In this document: positions 45,390 through 54,143 of the stretch, in pieces
How the letters are laid out: each line of letters opens with the position of its first letter
How positions within the stretch are numbered: position 1 is the stretch's first letter
DNA from: Virgibacillus sp.
GTDB lineage: Bacteria > Bacillota > Bacilli > Bacillales > Amphibacillaceae
Reading direction: 5' to 3'
DNA length: 64,000 nt
Assembly (NCBI GenBank): GCA_041689365.1
Contig: JBDNGJ010000188.1
Coordinates: 3,150 to 67,149, forward strand
The notes under the pieces: model-generated
The model's input: only the letters and a program-made list of their open reading frames with translations
What the model was told of the DNA's origin: nothing
Database searches by the model: none
Made by a program: the position numbers and the translations under genes

Positions 45390-46028
45390 ATGGATCTTCT
45401 AGATAAATATTTTAATTTCAGAGAGACACTACTAAGATTGCACTCAAAAATATTAGATGAATGTGTTAATGCTGACGATTTTAATAAATCTGTTGAAATT
45501 TTGGACATAGTTAAAAATAATGAGGTCATACTAGAATCTCAATCGGAAGAAGAATTACTTTTAGATTTTAATGTTTATGAAAATTTAAGGAATGGTGAAA
45601 ATGCGATATTTGAATATATGAAAAAAGATATAGAGAATACCGAGCAAGAAAAATTACTACTAAATGCAATGAGTGAGTCAGAACATTCACTTTATAAGAT
45701 TATCGATATTCAAAGAGAAAAGTGCATAATTACTTTAGAAGATATGCTAAAAAATAAGGATCCTGTCAAGGTTGTAGATAGAGGCTTAAGTAATACTACA
45801 AATAAAAATATCCTTATTTATACAAGGTTGTTAGATTTAGGTGAGTTTAACATTACATCAGGAATGGGTTTTACTTTTTCTCTGGATCATAAAGATTATT
45901 TGATTAAAAGAAGTCGTAAGCTAATGAAAAAAGTTAAGCACGATAATTCTTCAGTCAGCAGGTTTATCGCTTTTTTCAAGCTTAATAGAACAGATGGATT
46001 GCCTATGGCTTCTGAGAGATTCAACTAG
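45390..46028 (+). CDS. Hypothetical protein (AT-rich gene)
   Basis: 212-aa ORF with RBS AAGGAG/AGGA; no motif recognised with confidence. Confidence 0.65.
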   Translation: MDLLDKYFNFRETLLRLHSKILDECVNADDFNKSVEILDIVKNNEVILESQSEEELLLDFNVYENLRNGENAIFEYMKKDIENTEQEKLLLNAMSESEHSLYKIIDIQREKCIITLEDMLKNKDPVKVVDRGLSNTTNKNILIYTRLLDLGEFNITSGMGFTFSLDHKDYLIKRSRKLMKKVKHDNSSVSRFIAFFKLNRTDGLPMASERFN

Positions 46029-46135
46029 TAATATAAACTGCGAATAATTGTTTTTATTTAATAGAAATCAATTTTTTGGTTCTGTTTCTTAGCAGTGCTT
46101 AATGGTAGAAACCAGAAAGACGGTAAACTTGTCCC

Positions 46136-46627
46136 TTATAATGGTTTTAAACTAAAATAGTCTAACGCCTGATTTACGTCGTGGATATTGTATACCTTTT
46201 TCTCAAGACAGAACTGAATAACCAGATCGTAGATGTCACTTTCGGACAGCGAGTAACCGGCAGAGCTTAACAGCTTGTCGGTTTCTTTTTTATTTAGTTC
46301 AAGTGCTAAGGCAAGAGCGATAACGGTGTTTTTTCCAACCTGGTAATCCGGATTGGATCGTATTTTTGAAAAATGCCTGCGATCAATTCCAGCTTTTTTA
46401 TAGATTTCCGAGTCACCAGTGTCTTTTTCGTCGATAAAGTTAAACAGCACTTCTTTAAGTTTTGGCTTACGGTTATCTTCAATAAAGTCTTCTAATTCAA
46501 CAAGTTCTATTTCTTTATGAATACTGTAATCAGCCATCTCGGAGGATTCACAAACATCAACTGGAATTATATCTATATGATTCTCTACATAATTCTGCAT
46601 TTCCAGAAAAAACTTTTTATCAATCAC
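46136..46627 (-). CDS. XRE-like HTH protein
   Basis: IYKKAGIDRRHFSKIRS..KNTVIALALALEL; RBS GGAGGTG before GTG 46627. Confidence 0.7.
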   Translation of the reverse strand: MIDKKFFLEMQNYVENHIDIIPVDVCESSEMADYSIHKEIELVELEDFIEDNRKPKLKEVLFNFIDEKDTGDSEIYKKAGIDRRHFSKIRSNPDYQVGKNTVIALALALELNKKETDKLLSSAGYSLSESDIYDLVIQFCLEKKVYNIHDVNQALDYFSLKPL

Positions 46628-46725
46628 ATTATTCACCTCCCCAATATGTCGCTTATTAGGCGACCAAAACACGTATAATCTCAGTTAATATTATAACAGA
46701 TTAAAAATTTAAGGAGATGATAATT

Positions 46726-47319
46726 ATGAATAGGAATGTAACAGAAATTATTTTCCTGTTGGATAGAAGTGGGTCAATGGCAGGACTTGAAAGTGATACC
46801 ATTGGCGGGTTTAATGCTTTCATTGAGAAGCAGTGCAAACTTGAGGGCGAAACGATTCTCACCTCAGTCTTATTTGATGACAAGTATGAAGTGTTATGGA
46901 ATGGTGTTGATGCTAAAAGTGTAAGGCTCACAGAGAGCAAGTATTATGTAAGAGGGACGACAGCGTTATTGGATGCAGTGGGAAAGACAATTTTGGATGT
47001 GGGTTACAGGTTATCGAGACCTCGAGAAGAGCAGGTTACGGACAATGTTATAGTTGTCATTACAACCGATGGTATGGAAAATGCAAGCCGTGAGTTTTCC
47101 TATAAAAAAGTAAAAGAACTGATAAAATACCAGCAGGATAAATACAACTGGGAATTTATCTTTATGGGTGCAAACATTGATGCTGTAAAAGAAGCAGATA
47201 ATATTGGGATTGTTGAACAAAATGCATATAACTTTGAAGTTTCTGAAAAGGGTGTTGAAAGTATGTATGATATGGCTTCTGAGGTGGTGTCAGAGAATAG
47301 AAGGAAAAAACAGTACTGA
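46726..47319 (+). CDS. vWA (MIDAS) domain protein
   Basis: FLLDRSGSM (DxSxS), GTTALLDA, VITTDGMENAS, FMGANID. Confidence 0.88.
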   Translation: MNRNVTEIIFLLDRSGSMAGLESDTIGGFNAFIEKQCKLEGETILTSVLFDDKYEVLWNGVDAKSVRLTESKYYVRGTTALLDAVGKTILDVGYRLSRPREEQVTDNVIVVITTDGMENASREFSYKKVKELIKYQQDKYNWEFIFMGANIDAVKEADNIGIVEQNAYNFEVSEKGVESMYDMASEVVSENRRKKQY

Positions 47320-47409
47320 TTTTTACTGTCGGACAATTTTTATTGGCTATACCCGGTATGAATAAATTTTCTTCACTATTCTCATTTTAAGTATAGGAGG
47401 TGCTTAAAA

Positions 47410-47550
47410 ATGGGAAGAGATCGTCAGGAAAAAAAGCTGAAACAAAGCGGACGCGTCGAATCAGACCGGGATGTAGGTCTTCGATATAAAGGCTCAACAA
47501 AAATGGCAAGCCCTGAAGAAGTTGAAAAGTTAAACGATGGCAAAAAATAG
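47410..47550 (+). CDS. ypzI: YpzI-family small protein (46 aa), absent from ORF track
   Basis: RBS AGGAGG; MGRDRQEKKLKQSGRVESDRD resembles the YpzI N-terminus; terminator AACAAGCGA..TCGCTTGTT follows. Confidence 0.75.
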   Translation: MGRDRQEKKLKQSGRVESDRDVGLRYKGSTKMASPEEVEKLNDGKK

Positions 47551-47623
47551 AATTAACAAGCGATCATCCTAAGGGTGGTCGCTTGTTATGTTGCTGCGAC
47601 TAATTTATAAAGATAGCGACAAT

Positions 47624-47659
47624 CTGGGACGATGAACCTGTCCCCTATGTCCCTGTCCC
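47624..47659 (+). repeat. REP-like hairpin copy 5
   Basis: CTGGGACGATGAACCTGTCCCCTATGTCCCTGTCCC. Confidence 0.8.
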
Positions 47660-47710
47660 TCAATCTCTTCGTATGTTATAATTAAAAAAAGCGATTAGGG
47701 AGTGTGCGAT

Positions 47711-49105
47711 ATGGATAGGGATCAATTTTTAATTTATGATCAGCAGAAACAGATCCGAGTGCAGCCAGAGAGAATTTCGTTGTATATGCAAAGTGAAATT
47801 ATTGAAGCGATAAATGAGAACAATGAGATGTACTACCTGTTCTTTTATAAAAACAATTTCCTCACTGCAGCAAAAGCAAAGCGGCTGCGTCGAAAATCAT
47901 TCATCGAGAGCGCATTTAAAAGAGGTATTGTTTACAACGCCCCACACCCGTTTATCAACATGCTGTTTTCATTCAATCATCCATGTAAAATTATCGGTTA
48001 TAAGCCATTGCTAAAGAAACTCGAAACAAACTATACTCCGCAAGAAAAAGCTTTTATTCTCACCTTCTTTGAATCATTTATTCCAAAAAAACAACTTTTT
48101 GAAGAAATTAAATCAATATTTTATGTTTATCGCCGCAATGGCCAAGGATTCCTGGGCTACCGGATTATCCGTATTTTAATGGATTTTGCACCGAAGCACA
48201 GTTTCGTGACACAGGTTTCTAATGATCCTATTTTTAAAAAGTATGATGACCAGTATAACAACCAGTCAGACGATCTGTTAGCAAAGGATTTAATCTTTGC
48301 TGAAAAAATTCTTTACTCCCTTAAAGATGATAATCAGCGGTTTCAACAGCTAATCGACCTTTTGGAAAAAGAAGCACGATGGACTGATATGATTGCTTTG
48401 TATTGTTACAAATTATCAATCACCCCTACAACCGCCTACTACAGTTCTCTGGCCAATTTACTGAAACAGCATTTAAACGAAATTGAAGCGGAATCTATTT
48501 TAGAACGTTTAGACAGCCAGTTACCAGGTTTCCTCCCACTACAGCAAGATTTATTTAATAAATATGTAAAAACCCACCAAATCGAAAAAGTTTTCCATAT
48601 GATGCAGAATCGTGAATTTAAACTTAGTAATGATCAGATTCAAACTTTTGGAGAATTGCTTGAGCATCTTGATTCAAGAACATATTCTTCACATCCAGAA
48701 ATGCTTAATACTATATTAGAATCAGTTATTCACACGTCCCCTGAAAAAGCTGAAAAACTTCTTAATAAATATGTTGTCTCGTTATTGGAGAACCATGAAG
48801 TAGCGTATATTAAGGAATTACTAAAACCTTTTAAGGGAAATCATGGAAGTCTGGAGATTATCAGAAAAATCGATACCATGGAAAGGCTAAGTGATGATCT
48901 GGACCAAATGCAAACGCTTGGAGAGTTATATTATGAATTTAATCTATTGGATAAGGCAATTGAATGCTTTAGCTGGGAAATGGAGCTGAAACCAACCCAG
49001 CCAAAACCACTTCAATGGTTATCTAAAGCCTATCGGGATAAAGGGTTAAATCACGAATCCGACGCCTATCAGCAGCTGTGTATTAACCTCCAAAAAAACG
49101 CATAA
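47711..49105 (+). CDS. Hypothetical helical protein with C-terminal TPR
   Basis: C-terminus LGELYYEFNLLDKAIECFSWEMELKP..LSKAY fits a TPR pattern. Confidence 0.7.
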   Translation: MDRDQFLIYDQQKQIRVQPERISLYMQSEIIEAINENNEMYYLFFYKNNFLTAAKAKRLRRKSFIESAFKRGIVYNAPHPFINMLFSFNHPCKIIGYKPLLKKLETNYTPQEKAFILTFFESFIPKKQLFEEIKSIFYVYRRNGQGFLGYRIIRILMDFAPKHSFVTQVSNDPIFKKYDDQYNNQSDDLLAKDLIFAEKILYSLKDDNQRFQQLIDLLEKEARWTDMIALYCYKLSITPTTAYYSSLANLLKQHLNEIEAESILERLDSQLPGFLPLQQDLFNKYVKTHQIEKVFHMMQNREFKLSNDQIQTFGELLEHLDSRTYSSHPEMLNTILESVIHTSPEKAEKLLNKYVVSLLENHEVAYIKELLKPFKGNHGSLEIIRKIDTMERLSDDLDQMQTLGELYYEFNLLDKAIECFSWEMELKPTQPKPLQWLSKAYRDKGLNHESDAYQQLCINLQKNA

Positions 49106-49330
49106 TTGGTATGACCTATTATGTTAATCACTGCAAAAATAAACAGATATCCTATTCCAGGTTCCGTAACCTGATAAACACATTAAAAGAAATGACCATC
49201 ATTTGCATGCTAATTTGATGGTCGTTTTTAATTGAGCTAACTTTTATTGATGTTTTTTATACTCATTTTATTGAATACTGAAACATATTTAAGAAGTTAT
49301 TCGTATTTATACATAATCCAATAAGGGGGG

Positions 49331-49603
49331 ATGATTTTGCAATTCTTTTTAAATATAATCGTATACTTATTTTCAAGTAAAAAGACACTGGTCTATACTA
49401 CTATAAAACAACAAGATTATTATAAGGTTGTTTCCCTCTTAGAATCGGAACTTATTAAGTAAAGAGTGTCTATAACATCGAATACCAATGCAACAGTCGT
49501 TGGTTCTTACAGTACTTTTGGAGAGGTTTATAAAATTTATGTGAAAAAGAATGATAAAAGTAAGGCACTAAAAACAATCAATAAAGCGGGGAGCAAGAGT
49601 TAA
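49331..49603 (+). pseudogene. Small (90-codon) hypothetical gene with an in-frame stop
   Basis: RBS AAGGGGGG; MILQFFLN..ELIK*RVSI..YKIYVKKNDKSKAL; TAA at 49460-49462 and the frame continues to TAA 49601-49603. Confidence 0.6.
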
Positions 49604-49791
49604 AAAAGAAGGTCGAGATTTTAATTTTTTACTTGTTTACCGGTTCAAAATATTATGATTTCAATTGCGCATCTGGAAGGTTATGTTAATTATACATAGT
49701 GAGTTTTATCGTGTTAATGAAACAGGTTTAGTTAAATTAAAGTTAAATTTTTCGACTTATATTTGAAGAGCAATTTTAAGGAGGTAACTTC

Positions 49792-50520
49792 ATGGAAAGA
49801 CCCAAAGTAATGGTTTTAGGAACGTTTCATATGCGATATACACCTGATTTATATCGGATCAATGTGGCAGATTTATTGAATGATAATAGGCAACAGGAAA
49901 TTAGAGATGTTATAGAGAAAATAAAGGCTTTCAAACCTACAATGTTAGCATTTGAGGTGATTAAGGGTGAACAAGAAGAATTAAATAAAGAATATAAAAA
50001 GTATTTGAATAATGAAATAAAATTGAAAGTTGATGAGGTTCATCAATACGGCTTCAGAATTGCCTCTGAGCTGAAACACTCTCAGGTTTATGCGATTGAC
50101 TGGATGGAATCAATCGGAAACATGGGAATTGGTCAGGTGTTTGAATGGGCTAAAGCAAATCAACCTGAATTATATGACTACATTGACAAAAAATATCGCT
50201 CAGATAGAGATTTTAACTTAACGGATAAAAGTATAGTAGATCTAATGAGAGAATCAAATAGTGAAACTAACATTAGAAAAGGGCACGAAATGAATATGGC
50301 AATTGCACGAATCGCAAGTGAAGAGGATTATGTGGGAATTGACTGGCTTAGATGGTGGTATCAAAGAAATCTAATAATCTATTCTAACCTGGCTGAGATA
50401 TCGAATTCGTCCTCGGATAGAATCATTTTAATAATTGGTCACGCACATGTATATTTAATTTCTCAATTTTTGAGAGAAAGTGGAATGTTTGATGTTGAAT
50501 CAGCAATGAGCTATCTTTAA
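49792..50520 (+). CDS. DUF5694-like protein
   Basis: KVMVLGTFHM, EVHQYGFRIA, WWYQRNLIIYSN, IIGHAH. Confidence 0.7.
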   Translation: MERPKVMVLGTFHMRYTPDLYRINVADLLNDNRQQEIRDVIEKIKAFKPTMLAFEVIKGEQEELNKEYKKYLNNEIKLKVDEVHQYGFRIASELKHSQVYAIDWMESIGNMGIGQVFEWAKANQPELYDYIDKKYRSDRDFNLTDKSIVDLMRESNSETNIRKGHEMNMAIARIASEEDYVGIDWLRWWYQRNLIIYSNLAEISNSSSDRIILIIGHAHVYLISQFLRESGMFDVESAMSYL

Positions 50521-50771
50521 TTTTGCTACTGCCTGTTTAAGAATTAATTATAGAATACATACAAGATAAATCTCAGTTAACTGAACTGAGATTATTTTAA
50601 TGCCACTGCAAAAGGACAGGGACAGTTGTGCATATAAATAGTGTCTTGGCAGGAAACGGCCCATGTTAGAATCCCTACTGTTTTTAAGATTATAGTTTTC
50701 ATCCATGTGATTGGTTATGATAAATGTTAAAATGAATTAGATGTAATTGAAGGCTTGGGAGGAAACTGTAA

Positions 50772-51689
50772 ATGAAGAAAGATGATAAAACTATTATATC
50801 GCCTCAACAAAATCCCAATACTTTTCTGTCTGATTTAAAAGAACTTTTTAAGGCGGTAGTGTTAATTTTCAATGTACTCCCTGTTTTTGCCGGGTTCTGG
50901 CTTGCACTTTATTTTACGAACTCGATCTTTACTGCAAATTGGGATTTATTCCTGTTAACAATGGCAGGCAGTACATGCGTTATGGCTGGCGCACTTATCC
51001 TTAATAACTGGTACGATGTTGACATTGATATGATCATGGAACGAACAAAGAACCGCCCTACAGTAACTGGGAACCTATCGTTAAAAGCTGTTTTAATAAT
51101 GGGGATTATTTTTTCGGTAGTTGGTTTAATACTGTTACTGTTCACAACGATAGAAGCAGCTTTATATGCTTTCATTGGCTGGTTTTTATATGTGTTTCTG
51201 TATACGATATGGTCGAAACGTAAATATACGCTTAATACTGTAATTGGAAGTGTTTCTGGAGCAGTAACACCTTTAATAGGCTGGGCTGCATTAGAACCTG
51301 CTAATCATACTGTTCCGATTATCATGTTTCTTATCTTATTTATCTGGCAAATCCCCCATACGTTTGTCATCGCCATACGAAAATATGATGAATATAAGGA
51401 TGCAGGGGTGGCAATGCTTCCGGTGGTGCATGGACTCGAAGTTACTAAACGGCAAACAGTTATTTACATTGCCTGTTTACTTCCGTTACCATTTTATCTT
51501 GCCTCATTGGGAACAACATTTATGGTGATTGCAACCTTGTTAAATATTGGGTGGCTGACACTTGGGATTAGCGGTTTCTTTACCAAGGATGATTTGAACT
51601 GGGCCAACAAGATGTTTTTGTACTCCGTGAATTATTTGATGATCATCTTTGTTGTTATGATTATCGTTACTGTCCCTTCGTTTGGTTAA
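50772..51689 (+). CDS. ctaB: Heme O synthase (protoheme IX farnesyltransferase) paralog
   Basis: NNWYDVDID..MERTKNRP, NTVIGSVSGA..PLIGW, WQIPHT, EYKDAGVAMLPV. Confidence 0.88.
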   Translation: MKKDDKTIISPQQNPNTFLSDLKELFKAVVLIFNVLPVFAGFWLALYFTNSIFTANWDLFLLTMAGSTCVMAGALILNNWYDVDIDMIMERTKNRPTVTGNLSLKAVLIMGIIFSVVGLILLLFTTIEAALYAFIGWFLYVFLYTIWSKRKYTLNTVIGSVSGAVTPLIGWAALEPANHTVPIIMFLILFIWQIPHTFVIAIRKYDEYKDAGVAMLPVVHGLEVTKRQTVIYIACLLPLPFYLASLGTTFMVIATLLNIGWLTLGISGFFTKDDLNWANKMFLYSVNYLMIIFVVMIIVTVPSFG

Positions 51690-51782
51690 TCCTGTTTAGC
51701 TATACAATAAATTGCATACCATATGCGCTAGAATGAGTATATGAACATACAAAGTGCATATAAAAGTATGGAGGTAGAGGCT

Positions 51783-52256
51783 ATGGGAAGGCTGGCAAAA
51801 TATCAGCGGTATACAAAGAAAACTAAACTTGAAGCAGTTCGGCGTGTACTTGAAAAAGATGAACCCGTTCAGGCAGTGTTGAACGATTTAGGAATTCGTC
51901 ACAGAGATAATGTGTATGTGTGGATTAAGAAATACCAAAAGGAAGGTGCCCCTGCATTTGACCGGAACATTGGTCATCCTCAGAGTTCACCATCACCGGA
52001 TAAATTGATTGAGGAATTATCGTCAGAATTAGACATACTAAAAAAGTTTATAGGTATGTCTCAACTTAGTATTGAAGAAATGTATCAAGCAATTGATGCT
52101 CTTCAAGATCAATATCCTTTAGCTACTATTTGCAAGACACTGGGAGTTTCGGAGATTGGTTTCAAGCATTATAAAAAATGCCAGCAACTCGGGTTGGACG
52201 AGCGATACAGCAATTCTGATTCCGTTTATTTTCAAGCTTCAACATGTCAGCGATAA
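51783..52256 (+). mobile_element. IS3-family transposase remnant (OrfA HTH fused to the first helices of OrfB, no DDE domain)
   Basis: YTKKTKLEAVRRVL..VYVWIKKYQKEG; A6G slippery motif at 52040-52046; YPLATICKTLGVS resembles the OrfB start. Confidence 0.6.
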
Positions 52257-52412
52257 CCTTCTGCTTCGATATAGCATCCAGTTTTTGGCTGGAGGTTTAT
52301 CGAAGTTTTTTTCTATGATGGCCCGAGGTTGTGATTAAAAAGTTGTCAGGGTTACACTTCTTCGCTTTTTCTAATATAATAGGTTAAGAGGAAACTTGAA
52401 GAGGGATATGTT

Positions 52413-53060
52413 ATGCAGAAAATGGCGAAAATAGCATATGAGAGTATTATGATTCTGCTCGTTATGCTGACAATCATTACATTATGGACTGAAAACACGT
52501 ACAGTTCAACAATCAATTGGATTGTATGGGGAGTCTTTTTTGTCGATTTCTTCTTTCGGTTACTGACTGCAAAGAAGAAGTGGGACTTCATAAAACAAAA
52601 TCCATTTCTTCTAATAGCTATTATCCCGTTTGATCAATTCTTCCAGGTTGCCCGGGTAGTAAGGGTCATCTACTTATTCCGAATCAAAACCATTGCAAAG
52701 TACTACATTGCGCCGTATGTGGAAAAGCTGACTTTTCAATCCAAATCATTAATTGTATCAATACTTCTTTCATTGATGGTTGTAGCATCTTTTGTTATTT
52801 GGAACCTGGAAAGCTCGATTGTCGCGTACTATGATGCATTGTATGTAATTATTGGATATCTGCTGTTTTTCGGTCATCGGGTCTTTGAAATTGAGGGTCA
52901 GGTTTCGATATGGATCTTAACAGGAATATCCATAATAGGGATTGCAATGCAAGGTTTAGCACTGCAGTGGGCATTTAATAAGCTGGAAGTACTATTTAAT
53001 AATTTTAAGAAAAAGAAGCAATCGGTATCACAGGAACATAATTCAGAGGAGGTTAATTAG
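52413..53060 (+). CDS. Ion-transport (voltage-gated channel-like) membrane protein lacking a K+ filter signature
   Basis: VFFVDFFFRL, IAIIPFD, ARVVRVIYLFR (S2-S4-like); no TVGYG. Confidence 0.6.
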   Translation: MQKMAKIAYESIMILLVMLTIITLWTENTYSSTINWIVWGVFFVDFFFRLLTAKKKWDFIKQNPFLLIAIIPFDQFFQVARVVRVIYLFRIKTIAKYYIAPYVEKLTFQSKSLIVSILLSLMVVASFVIWNLESSIVAYYDALYVIIGYLLFFGHRVFEIEGQVSIWILTGISIIGIAMQGLALQWAFNKLEVLFNNFKKKKQSVSQEHNSEEVN

Positions 53061-53338
53061 TGACTGCAATTAAAAAAGGTAATAACAAATTTTATGTCGG
53101 TGAAGATGAACAGAATCCACTAGGTGAAATCACATTTGAGCCATCAGGTGACAATATATTAATAGTTGACCATACGTATGTATCTGATGAGCTACGTGGA
53201 CAAGGTGTAGCAGGGAAACTCGTAGATAAAGTGGTTACGTATGCACGGGCAGAGGGAAAGAAAATTAACCCAACATGTTCATATGCCAAAGATAAAATGG
53301 AGAAAACGCCTGCATATCACGATGTGCTGGCAGGTTAG
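53060..53338 (+). CDS. GNAT N-acetyltransferase (YjdJ-like)
   Basis: VDHTYVSDELRGQGVAGKLV, PTCSY. Confidence 0.85.
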   Translation: MTAIKKGNNKFYVGEDEQNPLGEITFEPSGDNILIVDHTYVSDELRGQGVAGKLVDKVVTYARAEGKKINPTCSYAKDKMEKTPAYHDVLAG

Positions 53339-53349
53339 GAGAAGAGAAC

Positions 53350-53857
53350 ATGGATTTAATCGACGAGTTAATTGATGATATTTGTACAACGACTTTGAAA
53401 TAAAATATGTATTGGATATTAGAAAACTTGGCTTATCGCCAAGCCTTAATGGCGAAAGCCTTAGTTGCACTTATGCAGTAAGAAAGGATCTATACTTTCT
53501 TAACTGCTAAATAACGGACAAGTTCTAATGGATGCCCCTGAATCAATAACTGGAGAACCAGAGATTGACTGGGATGATGAGGACGCGACGGAAAATCTTT
53601 TACCAGTTCCACAAATTACGTCAAGTGAAGCATATGATTCAATGGTTAGATTTGCAGAAAAACAGGAACCTACTACAGCTGAAAAATTGATTGATGTACT
53701 GAACCGTAGAAAGCCATTTCGAAATTTCAAAGACAAAATTATTGAACTTGGGATTGATGATGAATGGTATGCCTTTGAACAAAATGATGCAAAGGAAGCT
53801 ATTATCGATTGGCTGAACGAACTCGATATATCCTATGAAAAGATTAATCAAAAATAA
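53350..53857 (+). pseudogene. UPF0158-family gene disrupted by a frameshift and a MITE-like insertion
   Basis: RBS AGGAG, ATG 53350; one base missing near 53377; insertion 53419-53510; C-terminus RRKPFRNFKD..DEWYAFE. Confidence 0.75.
53419..53510 (-). mobile_element. MITE-like element, 92 nt
   Basis: Reverse complement matches 3241-3331 (first 53 nt differ at 2 positions); termini TTAG/CTAA. Confidence 0.8.
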
Positions 53858-53882
53858 AATCACTGAAAAGGGAATTACTAAT

Positions 53883-54113
53883 ATGTACTTAACCATCGAA
53901 GAAACAGCCGAGTATTTATCAATCGAAGAATCAAAAGTCAAAACGTTTGTACTGCAAGGCAGAATACGTTCTGTTTATGATGGAGACAGATACCTTATTA
54001 ACAAGGAACAATTTAGTACACATCTCGAGCAAATGGATAATTATAAAAAGATGCTACAGGATTACCTGAATGAGCCACTTCCGGAAGATCCCGATGTGAA
54101 GGATGAAGATTAG
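53883..54113 (+). CDS. Excisionase-like HTH_17 DNA-binding protein
   Basis: MYLTIEETAEYL..GRIRSVYDG..YLINKEQF. Confidence 0.8.
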   Translation: MYLTIEETAEYLSIEESKVKTFVLQGRIRSVYDGDRYLINKEQFSTHLEQMDNYKKMLQDYLNEPLPEDPDVKDED

Positions 54114-54143
54114 CTATTAAATACATTAGAGGAGTATATGTAT

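Noticed and set aside
53883-54113. Excisionase-like gene as evidence of a prophage or ICE
   Set aside because: No integrase, att pair or phage/conjugation genes nearby; stand-alone HTH_17 genes are common in Bacillaceae chromosomes.
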